Source: Chiloscyllium plagiosum (lineage: Eukaryota). From it: a stretch of 62,000 nucleotides of DNA. The number at the start of each line of letters is the position of its first letter. The stretch's first letter is position 1. The notes below the pieces were generated by a model that was not told the DNA's origin, did not search any database, and saw only the letters and a list, made by a program, of their open reading frames with translations. The stretch is from positions 4,086,958 to 4,148,957 of the forward strand of contig NC_057718.1 in NCBI RefSeq assembly GCF_004010195.1, given 5' to 3'. Below are positions 49,655 to 62,000 of this stretch, in pieces. Position numbers and translations under genes: made by a program.

Positions 49655-52600
49655 TGTGATTGGAATGATGTTGGCCAGGTGAATCTCATCAAATCTGAAT
49701 TCCCTGATTGGGGCTGTTAACCTGGGACAATCAAGGAGTCCTGTCTGACAGATACAAAAGGAGTGTTAGGTGTTCTGGCCACTCGAGGGGAGCTGGCTCT
49801 GAGCTAACAGTATCTGTCTCATGTATTATACATGTGTAAGTAAAGAGTGACTTGGTGAAGGATACCAGCCTTCACGGAATTATTTCAGTGGCAGTGAGAG
49901 AAAAGCATATTCCTGAAGAAATTCACTCACAACAGTTGTTTTTGAGTTGGGGTATGCATTTCTTGCATCATCCAACTCTTTGGGAAGCATGACTCAATCC
50001 TGCTGTCAAAGACTGAGCCCAGCATGTCGAAAGAATATTTTCCGGGCAAATTATATTTGGGCAGATGAAAAGCAATAAGTAATTCTCCTGATAGTGTGTG
50101 GACCTACAGCTTTTTCAGTTATTAGGAGCATACCTTTCCCTGAGGCACCAGATACAAAAATCTTCCAAGAGTTGATGGATTTAGCTAAGGAATATTATGA
50201 CCTGAAGCCTCCTCTCATTCTGAGATGCTAGCAGCTTTACCCAACAGTTCAAAAACCAGGGAAATCCGTACGGGGATTTTTGACAAGGTTAAGATGACTG
50301 GGAGAGGTATGCTACTTTGGTTTGACCCTAAGTGAGACACTGAGAGACTATTTGGTATCTGGGATTAATGACGTAACCATGCAAAAGCACTAACGAGCTG
50401 AATCCCAACTGGATTTTGAAAGGGGAAGAAAACAGTCTTCATGATTAGAAAATGCAGCAAGTGGAGTATGAGTTGTCGGATACGCCAGTGGAAGTTGACA
50501 CCTTTTCCAGTCCGACTGAACTTGGAGAACACCAACTCAGTGAGGGTAATTGCACAGCCTTACTCAGAAGATATCCTGAACAAAACGATTCTAGGTCAGT
50601 CACAGCAAAACCCCAAACCAAAGTCAAGTCTCAGTGAAACGGTTAAAATTTTCTCAATGATCTGGGCTGGCAATCCATTGTAGTTGCTGTTGGTATGCAG
50701 ACTCGAGGCAGCAAACATGTCCCAGCAAATTGAGTAAGAGAATACATCGCCCAGTATCCGGGAGAGTGCACATTCTGGAAAGTACACCCACATCTGTTTG
50801 GAACAGTTGTATTGTTTAGCAACATTCAAATTAGAACCAATCAAAATAAACATCTCGTTAAATGGTCACCCAGTACCAAAATTCCCCCCAACACTAAAGT
50901 TTGCAATAAAACCTCAGCCAGGCTGAGAAACTATCCCGGGCGACCATTACAGATTAAGGCTACAACTTTGGTTCCGGTCTCTTATGAGAAGCAGCTGGTT
51001 CAGTTCTCACATTGTACTGAAAGGCTCGGGCCCAAGCTTGATGGGGTGAAATTGGTTGAGAAAGACTCAACCAGATTGGCTCAATATTTTTTTATTAGAA
51101 AATGGTAGCCTGAGGGAAGTCATACATTTCTCAGGGAGGTTTAGGGACTCTCAAAGAAGCTAATGTCACCTCACATGTTCCATGATCCTACAAGGCCCAC
51201 CCAATGCCATTTGCTGAATGTACAGAAGTGGAGGCTGGAAAATGAAGGAATCATCAAACCAGTTTATGGAATAGATGGAATCGCTCATATTGATCGTGAA
51301 GCCTGACGAGTCAGTTTACCTTTGTGAGGATTTCAGCCAAACAGTGAATTGTTTTCACAGCTGGATAAATAACTGATTCCTTTCTCAGAGGACTTATACA
51401 CGAACCTGGTGGGGGAGCTGTCCTTCACAAAGCTACACATGAGCTATGTGTACATGCAATTGCAATGAGATGAGGATTCCCAGAGATATGCTACAATTAA
51501 CACCCATAAGGGTTTGTACCAACAAACAAGACTGCTTTCTGAGGTATCATCAGCTTGTGTCATTTGACAGCAACCGATGGAGAACATTCCACAAGGTCTA
51601 CCTCAGAATGCCATTTATCTGGACGGCATGCCAATAACAGGCAAGACCAGTAAAGAGCAGTTGGAGAACTTGGAGATAATGCTTAAACATTTCTCAAAAA
51701 CCATGAAAAATGAGTGTTCCAGACAGCCAAAGTGACCTATTGGCCGTGCAGCCCATAGCTTCAGGTCGAATTCAGGGGTAGGCCCTTATTCTCTGCCCAT
51801 ACATTTACAAGTTGTAACATCATCAAGGAGGCCATGTAGCAAATGCAGCTGCCTTGAATCACCTCCCACTGGCAGATAGAACACCAGTGATGCCAGCACT
51901 ACAAGACTCCAGTCTAGTTTTAAACTTACTGGACATGAATCATGTCACCCCTGACAATATCAGACTGTGAGCATGATTGGATCTTGTCCTGACCAAAGTA
52001 AAACATCTGGGGAAACAGAGGGGCCATCATAACCAGAATTGAAACCTTTCTGGACCCAGTAAGACCAAATACTTGAAGATACCTGGGGAGTGACAGTGAG
52101 TATCCCAAGCAAAAGTCATTGTCAGATACTGGGTCTAAGGATTTTGGAAATGAAGATGTTGGCAAGATGTTATATCTCGTGGCCAGAATTGGATGCCAAC
52201 ATATCCATGTTGATAAGACAGTGTCCAAAATACCATCAAGGACAAAACGTACTGCCAGCAGCTCCCTCACATTCATGGGACTGGTTGGGTAAACCCTGAA
52301 CACGGTTACACGTTGACCGTGCCAGTCTTTTCACAGGCTCTGTGTTTTGAGTCATTGTGAATGCCCATTCAAAGTGATTGGATGTGCACAGAATTCATTT
52401 GTCAAAACGGGAACAACAATTGAAAAGTTGCCGGTTTCTTGTATAATGCAGACAATGGGCCATCATTTCACAACAGGGAATTTGAGTATTTCCTCATGGC
52501 ATTTGGCATACAAGGACAGTTCCATACCATCCATCGTCCAATGGTCTGGCAGAGAGAGCAGCCCAAACATTGAAGGCAGCCTCAAAGAAACAGCTTACAA

Positions 52601-54180
52601 CTTCACTCAATACCAAACTGTCCCAGTTCCTGCTTGAGTATTGGACCAATGCTCACATAACTAGAGGGACAGCTCCAGCAGAGTTTCCAGTGGGGAGAAG
52701 ACTCCTGAGAAGGAAGGAGATGCTGCATTAGGAGCGTCAATGCTGGACACAAGATTCCTTCAAGTGAGAGAGACAGTTTACTTCAGGGGACAACATTTGG
52801 TGCTGAAATCACAGAAGTGGCCCTGCATGGGTAAGCCACCAGGTTAACACGAGGTCAGAAGAAGCCATGACATACAAAGTCCGGATAAGTGAGGCGGTCT
52901 TGAACAAGCATGTGGACCACATGAAAGCTGCAACCTCACAAACAGAGCAGCAGCAAAACATACCCGGCCTCTCAGAAGATCCGGTACAGCTGTCGGAACC
53001 AGTGGCTTTTCACTCTGCACCTCACGTCAAAGAAATTTCTGACGGTGAGTGGATGGGGCAGACATCACAGCCTCAACATTGTTACCACCTGAAGAAGATG
53101 AGTTTTGGTTGAGATGTTGCGAACGCGAGCATGGGCTATGGTCCAGTACACACCACCACTGTCTGAAGCAGAGAGAGAGAGAGAGAGGAACCAGACCCCT
53201 GGTGTGAAAATGCTACAGGAACGAGAAAGCACCTACATCCCAGGACTTGGAGGGACAGGGATGCAAGGATTGGAATGAGATCAGCCAGGTGGACCTCATA
53301 GGATATGAGTTTCCTGATTGTGTTACAACACAGAGTAAACACTTCTTTGAAAACCCACAGAAAAGCTCACCTCTCCTTGTTATCTCTTAAAGTATGAGTT
53401 AGAAAGAATTGTCCCAAATATCACTAATTTAAAAAAGCTTAACAATTGTATTTTTTAAAGAGAACATTAAACAACAACTGTTTACAACTCACTTCCTCTT
53501 AAACCTATTTTTATCTCACACTCTACAATACTGCTCCGATAAAAATCCCGATTAATATTTCAAAACCAGTCAGCTGTGTCGGTTCTCCTTTGCAGATTTT
53601 CCTCTGTAGACTTTCCTGGGTCATCTTTTATTCAGTCTTCTGCTGCACAAATTTCTTTTGGACAGGTACCTTTCAGAGAGCTATTCTGCTGGCAATCGTT
53701 GGTGCTTAGCTGCTCTGTTGTTCTCCACAGCTGTTCAAAACCCTCAATTTATATACCTCAAAACATCGGACCGGCTCATTGGTTTAATGTCATCCACAAC
53801 AGTCAAATTCAAATTCGATTGGATTTTGGCATCTGGGGAATAATTTAAACGGATCCGTCAGATTTGAATTTGTTGTGTACCACGGCAACGCAGCTATTTG
53901 TTTCACAACCAAAAGTTACAGTGTTGAATTTTTCAGCATATTCTATGCCAGCAAGAAGTTTCAGCTCCCTTAATCTTACAGTACACATCTACAACTTCAC
54001 AAGAGCTGTGGCTGTTAACTTGTCCCAATCAGGAAGCCCTGGCTGACAGATAGTGACAGGAGTGTCAGGGATTCTGCTCACTCTAGGAGCTGGCTCTGAG
54101 CTAGCTGGGTCAGTGTCATGTACTTTGCATGTGTAAGTAAAGAGGGGCTTGGTGATTTATTGAGTTAAGTTGAGTTATTT
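49655..54180 (+). mobile_element. Decayed Gypsy/Ty3 LTR retrotransposon (5' LTR about 49655-49887; 3' LTR about 53262-54180, interrupted)
   Basis: Homologous LTRs; PBS-like tggcagtgag after 5' LTR; gag-like LRDYLVSGIND; RT TINTHKGLYQ and YLD; integrase MKMLARCYISWPELDANI...WDW; purine tract before 3' LTR; many stops and frameshifts. Confidence 0.85.
53321..54004 (-). mobile_element. Solo LTR related to 5576-6278, inserted in the Gypsy 3' LTR
   Basis: Termini tgttacaacacagagtaaac and acttcacaaga resemble the reverse complement of the 5576-6278 termini; Gypsy LTR resumes after it. Confidence 0.7.
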
Positions 54181-54384
54181 TGCACAGCCTCAATGCTTAT
54201 CTGCAATGTGTCAGTACATTTCAAACAAATCTTTTCATTGCTGGTCAGCCCACTTTCTCCTTCCTCTTTCTGTGCTGTACCTTTAGTAAAAAGCTTGAAG
54301 TTCCATGGTACTGAGATCCTGAAACACCAATATTACATCACAGTCTGAGAAAGGATAGCAATTAAAAAAATACATTTATTTGAA

Positions 54385-54436
54385 ATGTTTTTCCTGAATT
54401 TCTCCATCTTATCTCTGATCCTCTCTGTCGCACTGG
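54385..54436 (+). CDS. Gene B leader exon CDS (52 nt, phase 1): signal peptide MFFLNFSILSLILSVAL
   Basis: ttgaaATGTTT start and G|gtaagtaaatg donor identical in context and spacing to gene A leader. Confidence 0.8.
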
Positions 54437-55261
54437 GTAAGTAAATGCTTGGATTTGACTTTGTTTCCATAGACATCTATTTCTGAGTTTGATTTTCTGA
54501 TGGTGAGCTGGTGTTTGAGTCGGTATTTCGTAGTTCAGGATTTCCTCCTGAGAGCTGAAATTGGGCTTTCTCATAGTGCAACCCCAACAGAGTGTCAGAT
54601 GTGACACTGAATGATACTTTCCAGTTTTCCCACTCCCAGACTTCAGCAGCTGTCATTTAAAAATCCCATGCTAAGTCTGCACAAAGTTTCTGACTGAAAC
54701 ACTGCACCTTTAAAGAACCCCAACTTGTAGCAAAGTAAACGAACCTTCAGTATTAGTCCATCAAATAGACTCCTCAATACATGATGTGACTCTGTGATAC
54801 TTTTGTGTGCCTCCTACTTTCACTTAGACAACGGGGGGGGGGGTAAAACTTTTGGGGAATGGGTAGGAACAGTGATGCATTATGGGGAATTGTCAATCAT
54901 CCAAGAGAAATTTTATTTTTGTTGTGGTGGAGGCTATCGAGACCGTACTCGGATGTTTACCCAGTCAGTGTGACCTTGCCCGAGACTCTGAGTCAACAAA
55001 CCAAAAACATCACAAACATGAATAATTCTGACCATTACTGCCTGGGAAACCTGACATCTTCCAGCCAGGCTCATGATCCAATGAGTTTACTGTGAGTTTC
55101 TGGATGGATGGGAATCCAGGATAGCTACGCCACAATCCCTGGTCACTGGCCAACATAATTGAATTCCCACATCCCACTTTGACTGCTGGATCGATCTGGT
55201 GGAGACTAGAATATAAACAAGTATGAACACGCACAAGATTCAGGCTTCATTCCAGTTTCGA

Positions 55262-55460
55262 ACAAAAACAGAAATTGCTGGAGTAACTCAGCATGCCTGG
55301 CAATATCTGAGGAAACGGAAGTTAACATTTTGAGTCCAATCTGATTTTTCACCACACTGAATTCAAAATATCAACTCTTTTCACTATCGGCAAATACTGA
55401 GCCAGACCTGCTGAGATTCTCTGAAACTTGTATTTCAAATTTCCAGCATCTGTCTTCCTT
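55262..55460. mobile_element. Old fold-back Penelope-type pLTR remnant
   Basis: aacagaaattgctggagtaactcagc... and ...gacctgctgagattctct...ccagcatctg; related fragments at 35238-35320 and 47020-47115. Confidence 0.6.
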
Positions 55461-55506
55461 TCCTCTCAAATGATGCTAGTTTGCTGTGTTCTGTGTAATA
55501 TTACAG

Positions 55507-55547
55507 TGCAACATGTTTGTTGCTTCAGGAAGCTGAATGAAGAAATG
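55507..55547 (+). CDS. Gene B candidate exon 2 (41 nt, phase 1-0): (V)QHVCCFRKLNEEM
   Basis: Acceptor tgtaatattacag, donor ATG|gtgata; same phases and VQ start as gene A exon 2; completes a plausible signal-peptide cleavage region. Confidence 0.55.
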
Positions 55548-55664
55548 GTGATACCTGATTGTGGATTGTCAGGCAATCTTATCTTGGGACCAAAGCAAAC
55601 AATATTCAAGGCATTGGAGTGCTGTGGGCAATTCCTGAGCGCACACAGAGACACAATGTGGACA

Positions 55665-58600
55665 CCATTTAGAATGAGAGGCCACAGTTTAAAGCTAAAG
55701 ATTAGCAGATTGGAAACAGAAATGAGGAATTACTTCTCTCATAGGGTCATGAATCTATGGAATTCACTAACCAGAGAGTGGTGAATATAGGGACATTGCA
55801 TAAATTTAAGGAAGAAACAGATTTTTAATTCAAAACATTTCAAAGGCCTATATGGAGTGGGCAGTAAAGTGGAGTTGAGGTCAAGATGAGATCAGCCATG
55901 TTCATGTTCACTGGCAGAGCAGGCTAGAGGGGCTGAATTGCTGACTTCAGTTCCATGTTCTTCGGAGAGAGGATAGCGCACTATCCCATTAATTGAATTG
56001 TTCATAAAGACTGGCAGTGGATCTTGCAAGAGGAAGAGTGACTTTGAGGCATTACTGATGAGAATGCCTTGTGTAGAACTGATGTCCTGTGATACCAGTC
56101 ACTGACAGGAGAAGGGGATAAGCCACTGTGGATTCACAGTATCAGTAGTATCAGTAGTTACCACTGGGTTGCTCATTCCCCAGTGGAAGGAGAATGCAGT
56201 TTTTAGTTTCCCTGTTGTATGTGCTGTTTCTCTGTTGTTATCCTCCTGAGTTACACTCTGCTGTAAGGTAGAGGATAGAACCTTGTGATATTCTTGGGAC
56301 TGGGAAGAAGGTAGGAGGGAGGACTTCACCAAATGACAATCAACTTCCAGATAGAGGGACAATAATGGAATTAAGTTCTCTGCAATTTAAAGGCAGGCTG
56401 AATTTCTCAATACTAAGTTTCGGGAAGCTCAAATTAAGTTCCCCTTTACAAAGAAGTCGGCTGTGATTGTACAAAATCTAATTTAAGATACCTGGCTGAA
56501 TGCTACCAACGTGTAACAGACAAGGGTGTGTTCCTGATAGATTGTTAGAGAGCAGCCATGACTTTATACTTTTTGCTCACACAGGGGCTGGTTGAGATGG
56601 GATAATGATGTCCAAGCAAGCAGAAAGCAGACAGGTAGCCTGACAGAGTCTGTAAAGGAGAGTGCCCAGTCCAAAAGAAAGGAGAATAATTGTGTCTAGC
56701 ATATGGTGGTCCCAATAAGACCATAACCCAGGGACAGAATTAGACTATTCAGCCCATTGAGTTTGCTCCACCATTTGATCATGGCTGATATGTTTCCATC
56801 TCCTGCCTTCTCCCGATAACCCTTGATCCCCTCATTAATAAAGAACCTACCGATCTCAACCTTAATACACTTAATAACTTGGTCTCCACAGCCCTCTGTA
56901 GCAATGAGTTCCATTGATCAACCGGTCACTGGCTGAAGAAATTCCTCATCTCAATTCTGTAGGATCACTCCTCCACCTGAGGCTATGCTCGGGTCCTCGT
57001 CTCTCCTACTTGTGGAAACATCTTCAGGTTCACTCTGTCCAGGTCTCTCAGTATTCTGCAAGTTTCAGTCAAATCCCTTCTCTTCTTTCTAAACTATCTT
57101 ACATCCAGACTCAGAGTCCTCAATCACTCCTTATTTGACAGGCCTGGGATAATTCTCATTAAGCTCCTCTGGACCCCATCTAATGGCAGCAGATCTTTCC
57201 TTAAATACGGGGTCATAAACTGCTCACAATATTTCAAATGCAGTCTATCTCTCAGCTTGTTTTCTAGCCCTCTTGAAATGATTGCCAACATTATGTTTGC
57301 CTTCCTAACCAATAATTGACCCTGCATGGTACAATTGCAACATTTAAGAGGCATTTGGATGGGTATATGAATAGGAAGGGTTTGGAGGGATATGGGCTGG
57401 GTGCTGGCAGGTGGGACTAGATTGGGTTGGGATATCTGGTCGGCATGGATGGGTTGGACCGAAGGGTCTGTTTCCATGCTGTACATCTCTATGACTCTAT
57501 GACTGTATGTTAACCTTAAGATAATTCTGAATGAGGTCCTGAGATTTTGAGGCTGTCCTACATTTAGGAAATAGTCGTTGTCTCTATTCTTCATACCAAA
57601 GTGCATAGCCTTACACTTTCCAACGCTGTATTCCTTCTGCTACTTCTTTGCCAACTCTCCTGGCCTGTCCAAGCCCTCCTGTAGCCTTCCCACTTCCTCA
57701 ATATTACCTGTCCCTATGTTTGTGTCAGCTGCAAACTTAGTAACAATGCTCTCAGTTCTTGTGTCCAGATTGTTAATGTATAACATGAATAGTTATGATC
57801 CCAACACTGACCCTTGTGAAACTCCACTAGTCACCAGCTGCCATACTGTAAAAGACTCTTTTCCCATTATTCCCTCTATTCTGCCAGTCAGCCAATCTCT
57901 CTCCATGACAGTATATTGCCTTTAACATCATGGGCTCTTCCTTTATTTCACAGCCTCCTCTGCGACACCTTATCAAAGACCTTTGTAGAAATCCAAATAG
58001 ATCACATACAGGAGGTATGGAAGGTGTGAGAATTTCCAAGCTAGTGTGATGGGAGAGGGAAAAGGCCTCAAGGGTGGATCTGAACTTTCCACTGTGGGAT
58101 CATGGGGTTAGACTGAGGGCACTGAATAGCGGATATCTGTGATCGGAGGGAGTGAGATGTGGGTGCATTGAATTTCAGGGCTGTGGTAGAAATTCAGAGG
58201 GTGGGGACTCACTGTTCCAGAAACAGGAGCTTGGACAATGGGTGGAGGGAGCTATGTGGATCAGGGCCAGGATGGTATGGAGATGGGAACAAGTGTAGAC
58301 TCAAGGGGAAAGAGCAGAATCAGAGAATTGTTACAGCACAGAAGGAGGCCATCCTGCCCGATGTGTCAGTACCAGCTCTTCAAACGATCATCATTACCTT
58401 GTGCCAATCTCCTCTGTTTTGTCTGTATCCCTGCAGACCATTTCCTTCTTTCGTAGATCAGTTTATATCTATGCCCATCTCATTCTTGTTCCTTTCACAG
58501 GCAGAAACACCTTCTCCCTATCTACTCTGTCCAGCCTGCTCATAATTTTGCAAACTCTATCCGATTTCCTCTCAACGGTTCCCTTCAGAGAGAATAGCCC

Positions 58601-61600
58601 CAACGCCTGCAATCTGCCCTCATCGCTGAAGTGCCTCATCCCTCAAACCGTTTTTATAAATCACATCAGCACTGCAGTCTCATCCTTCCTATAGTGTGGT
58701 GCCCACAACTGTACACAATACTTCAACTGAGGATGACCAAATTCCTTGTACAAGTTACACAACACCTCCCTGCTCTTCTACACTCTGTCCCTATTAATAA
58801 AGCTAAGGACATTGCCTGCTTTATAAACTGCCCACTCCACCTGCCTTGTCAATGGTCTGTGCACATATGTACCCTGGTCCCCTAATCCTGCACCCCCTTT
58901 AGAATTGTACCCTCTATTTTAGATTGTCTTTGAATGTCCTTCCAACTTTATTTCTTACACTGTCTGCATTGAACAAGTCTGCCACCTGCCTGCCCATTCC
59001 ACCAACTTGTCAATGTCCTATTGGAGCATTACACTGTCTTTCTCAACTCTTCCAAGTTCTGTGTCATCTGCAAACTTTGTAACTGTGACTTACACACCAA
59101 AATCCACATCATTAATATAGACCAGAAAAGGAAAAATCCCAGTAACAACCCCTGGGGAACTCTATTGTGAACCTCACCCAGCCCAAAAAATATCCTTAGA
59201 CTATTAATCTCTGTTTCTATCACTCAGCCAGTTTTGTATCCACATTGTGACTGTCCCTTTCATATTTATCAATAACAATCCTCAAGTTTATTGTGTAGCA
59301 CTGTATCTGCTGCCTTCTGGAACTCCTTTTGCACCACATTAGCAGCATTAGCATGAGCATTTCTCCTACCTCTTTGAAAAACTCCAGCAATCTAGTGAGA
59401 CATCACTTCCCTTTCAGAAATCCATGCTGAGCTTCCAAATCAATCTACATTTTTCCATTATTAATTCTATGCCATGTAATTGTCACAAATATTATCTCAC
59501 CACTTAGGTTAATGTTGGGCTTATCATTATAATCTTTCTCAAACAAGGCTGCAATTATCCAGCCTTTGGCACATGCCTATGCCAAGGGAGGACTGTGATT
59601 GTGGCCTACACTCTCAACCTTCAAAACATCCTCAAACCATCCTGGTTCCTTGTCAACATTAAATCTGAACAGATTTGAAGGAAACATTGATTATAATATT
59701 TTCCAAGGGAATTAGGGTGTCTGTTGTACATTCTATGCAGTTGTAACTCGATGCAGAGTTAATAAGGAGGAACTGATAGATACAGAGTATTTGGACTTCC
59801 ATAAGGCAGGAGGTAATGTGCCACACAAAGGTTATTGCACAAGATAGGAGCTCATAGTATTTGGGCAAATCTATTAGCATGGATTGGGGGATTAGTGAAA
59901 ACACAGAGAGTTGGGATGAATAGGTTATTTTGAGGTTGGAATGATGCAGTTAGTGGAGTGCCATAGGGATTAGTCCCAAAGCCTCAATTCTTTACCATCT
60001 TGGTGTTCGACAAGGTTCCTCACGGTAGACTGCTTAGCAAGTTTAGATCTCATGGAATACAGTGAGAACTAACCATTTGGATACAGAAGTGGTTCAAAGG
60101 CAGAGGGTGGTGGTGGGGGGTTGCTTTTTAGGCTGAAGGCCTTTGACCACATGGATCAGTGCTGGGCCCACTGTTTTTCATCATTTATACAAATGAGTTG
60201 GGTGTGAACATTGGAGATATGGTTAGTAAGCTTGCAGATGGCACCAAAATTGGAGGTGTAGTGGACAGCGAAGAAGATTACCTTGGAGTACAACGGGGTT
60301 TTGTCCAGATGGGCCAATGGGCTGAAGAGTGTTAGATGGAGTTTAATTTAGATAAATATGAAGTGCTACATTTTGGAAAGGCAAATCAGGGCAGGACTTA
60401 TACACTTAACAGTAAGGTCCTGGGGAAGGTTGCTGAACAAAGAGACCTTGGAGTGCAGGTTCATAGCTCCTTGAAAGTGGAATCGCAGGTAGATAGGATA
60501 ATGAAAAAGGCATTTGGTATGCTTTCCTTTATTGGTCAGTGCATAGAGCATTGGAGTTGGGAGGTCATGTTGCAGCTGTACGGGACATTGGTTAAGCCAC
60601 TATTGAAATACCATGTGTAATTCTGGTCTCCCTGTTTTGGAAGGATCTTGTGAAATGTGAAAATATTAGAAAAGATTTACAAGGATGCTGCCAGGGTTGG
60701 AGGACTTGGGGTATAGGGACAGGCCGAATAGTCTGGGGTTATTTTCCCTGCAGCATCAGAGGTTGAGGGGTGACCTTGTAGAGGTTTATAAAATCATGGA
60801 TAGAGTAAATAGCCAAGACCTTTTCTCCGGGATGGGGAGTCCAAAACTAGAGGGCATAGGTTTAGGGTGAGAGGGGAAAGATTTAAAAGTGACCTAAGGA
60901 GCAACTTTCTTTTATGCAGAGGTTGATGTGTGTACAGAATGAGCTGCCACAGATGGAGGCTGGTACAATTACAACATTTAAAAAACATCTGGATGGGTAC
61001 ATGAATAGGAGGCTTTAGAGTGATATGGGACAAAGGCTGACAAATGGGATGAGATTTATTTAGGATATCTGGTTGGCATGTTCACATTGGTCTGAAAGGT
61101 ATGTTTCTGTGTTGTATATCTCTCTGACTATATACATTCATGAATTAGAGGGGGGAGCAGAGTGCAACATATCCAGATTTCCTGGTGATACTTCAATGGA
61201 TAAGAGAGCATGGTGTAATGAGCACATAAGGAATCTGCAAGGGGAGTAAGTGGGTGAAAATTTGACACAGTATTAGGTAAATGGAGAGAGACTCGAAACA
61301 ATTTTTCAGCACAGAAGGATCTGTGTGTTCTTAACTTGAAACACAAAATGGTAACAAACAGGCGCAGTTCATAATTAAGAAGACAAGTGAAATTTTGAGC
61401 TTTATAGCTAGCAGGGGTTGCAGTTTAAAAACAGGGAAAACTTGCTACAACTGCACAGGGTGTTGCTGAGGCTGCACCTGGAGTACTGTGCACAGTGTTG
61501 GCCCTTGTATGTTACAAAGGATGGACTGATGTGGGATGCTGTTCAAAGAGATTCACTCGACTTGTTCCTGGGATGAGGGGATGACGAATCATTCATGGCT

Positions 61601-61810
61601 GCACAGGTCAGGGTTTTCTTCATGAGTATATAGAAGAATGCAGTCTGATCCTATTGAGACATGAGGGAGTTTGACAGGATGGATACTGGGAAGATATTCC
61701 CACTATAGGAATCTTGAACATGGGGGCACAGTTTCAGAATAAGGGTCACTCATTTAAAACTGAGATAGAAAGCAATTTCTTCTCCCAGAATGTCTGGAAT
61801 TTCTAACCCA
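55665..61810. mobile_element. Series of CR1 fragments on both strands (55665-55960 +, 56715-58005 -, 57327-57505 +, 58325-59660 -, 59720-61130 +, 61140-61810 +) with small unique gaps
   Basis: MEFNLDKYEVLHFG, LRGDLVEVYKIM, MHFGMKN and CR1 tails. Confidence 0.8.
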
Positions 61811-61825
61811 AAAGTTTTTTTTTTA

Positions 61826-62000
61826 GATTACTTACAGTGTGGAAACAGGTCCTTCGGCCCAACAAGTCCACACCGCCCCGCCGAAGCGCAACCCACCCAT
61901 ACCCCTACATTTACCCCTTACCTAACACTACGGGCAGTTTAGCATGGCCAATTCACCTGACCTGCACATCTTTGGACTGTGGGAGGAAACCAGAGCACCC
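61826..62000 (-). mobile_element. HE1-type SINE running off the window end
   Basis: Reverse complement closely matches 1985-2150. Confidence 0.9.

Overview
Vertebrate genomic DNA, most likely from a shark or other elasmobranch (inferred from HE1-type SINEs and HER1/CR1 LINEs). Most of the window is nested, decayed transposable elements: many CR1 LINEs (two near full length), HE1 and a second tRNA-derived SINE, an L2/CR1-group LINE, Penelope-like (GIY-YIG) elements, a decayed Gypsy LTR element, two related solo LTRs, two minisatellites and a 556-N gap. Nearly all listed ORFs are TE debris. Two signals stand out. (1) Small exons in the unique islands define two divergently transcribed paralogous genes. 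Gene A is on the minus strand (ATG 22351; five exons splice in frame to 141 aa: signal peptide, 6 Cys, 2 N-glycosylation sequons). Gene B is on the plus strand (ATG 54385; first two exons). They share leader-exon length and phase, start and donor context, intron-1 sequence and a PU.1-type upstream motif. The family is unresolved; an adhesion-GPCR (ADGRG-like) ectodomain is only a tentative guess. (2) A family of short Penelope-derived inserts carries minimal hammerhead-ribozyme cores, as a tandem dimer, as fold-back elements with target-site duplications, and in the ends of a longer GIY-YIG element. TE boundaries are approximate and all calls are by eye.
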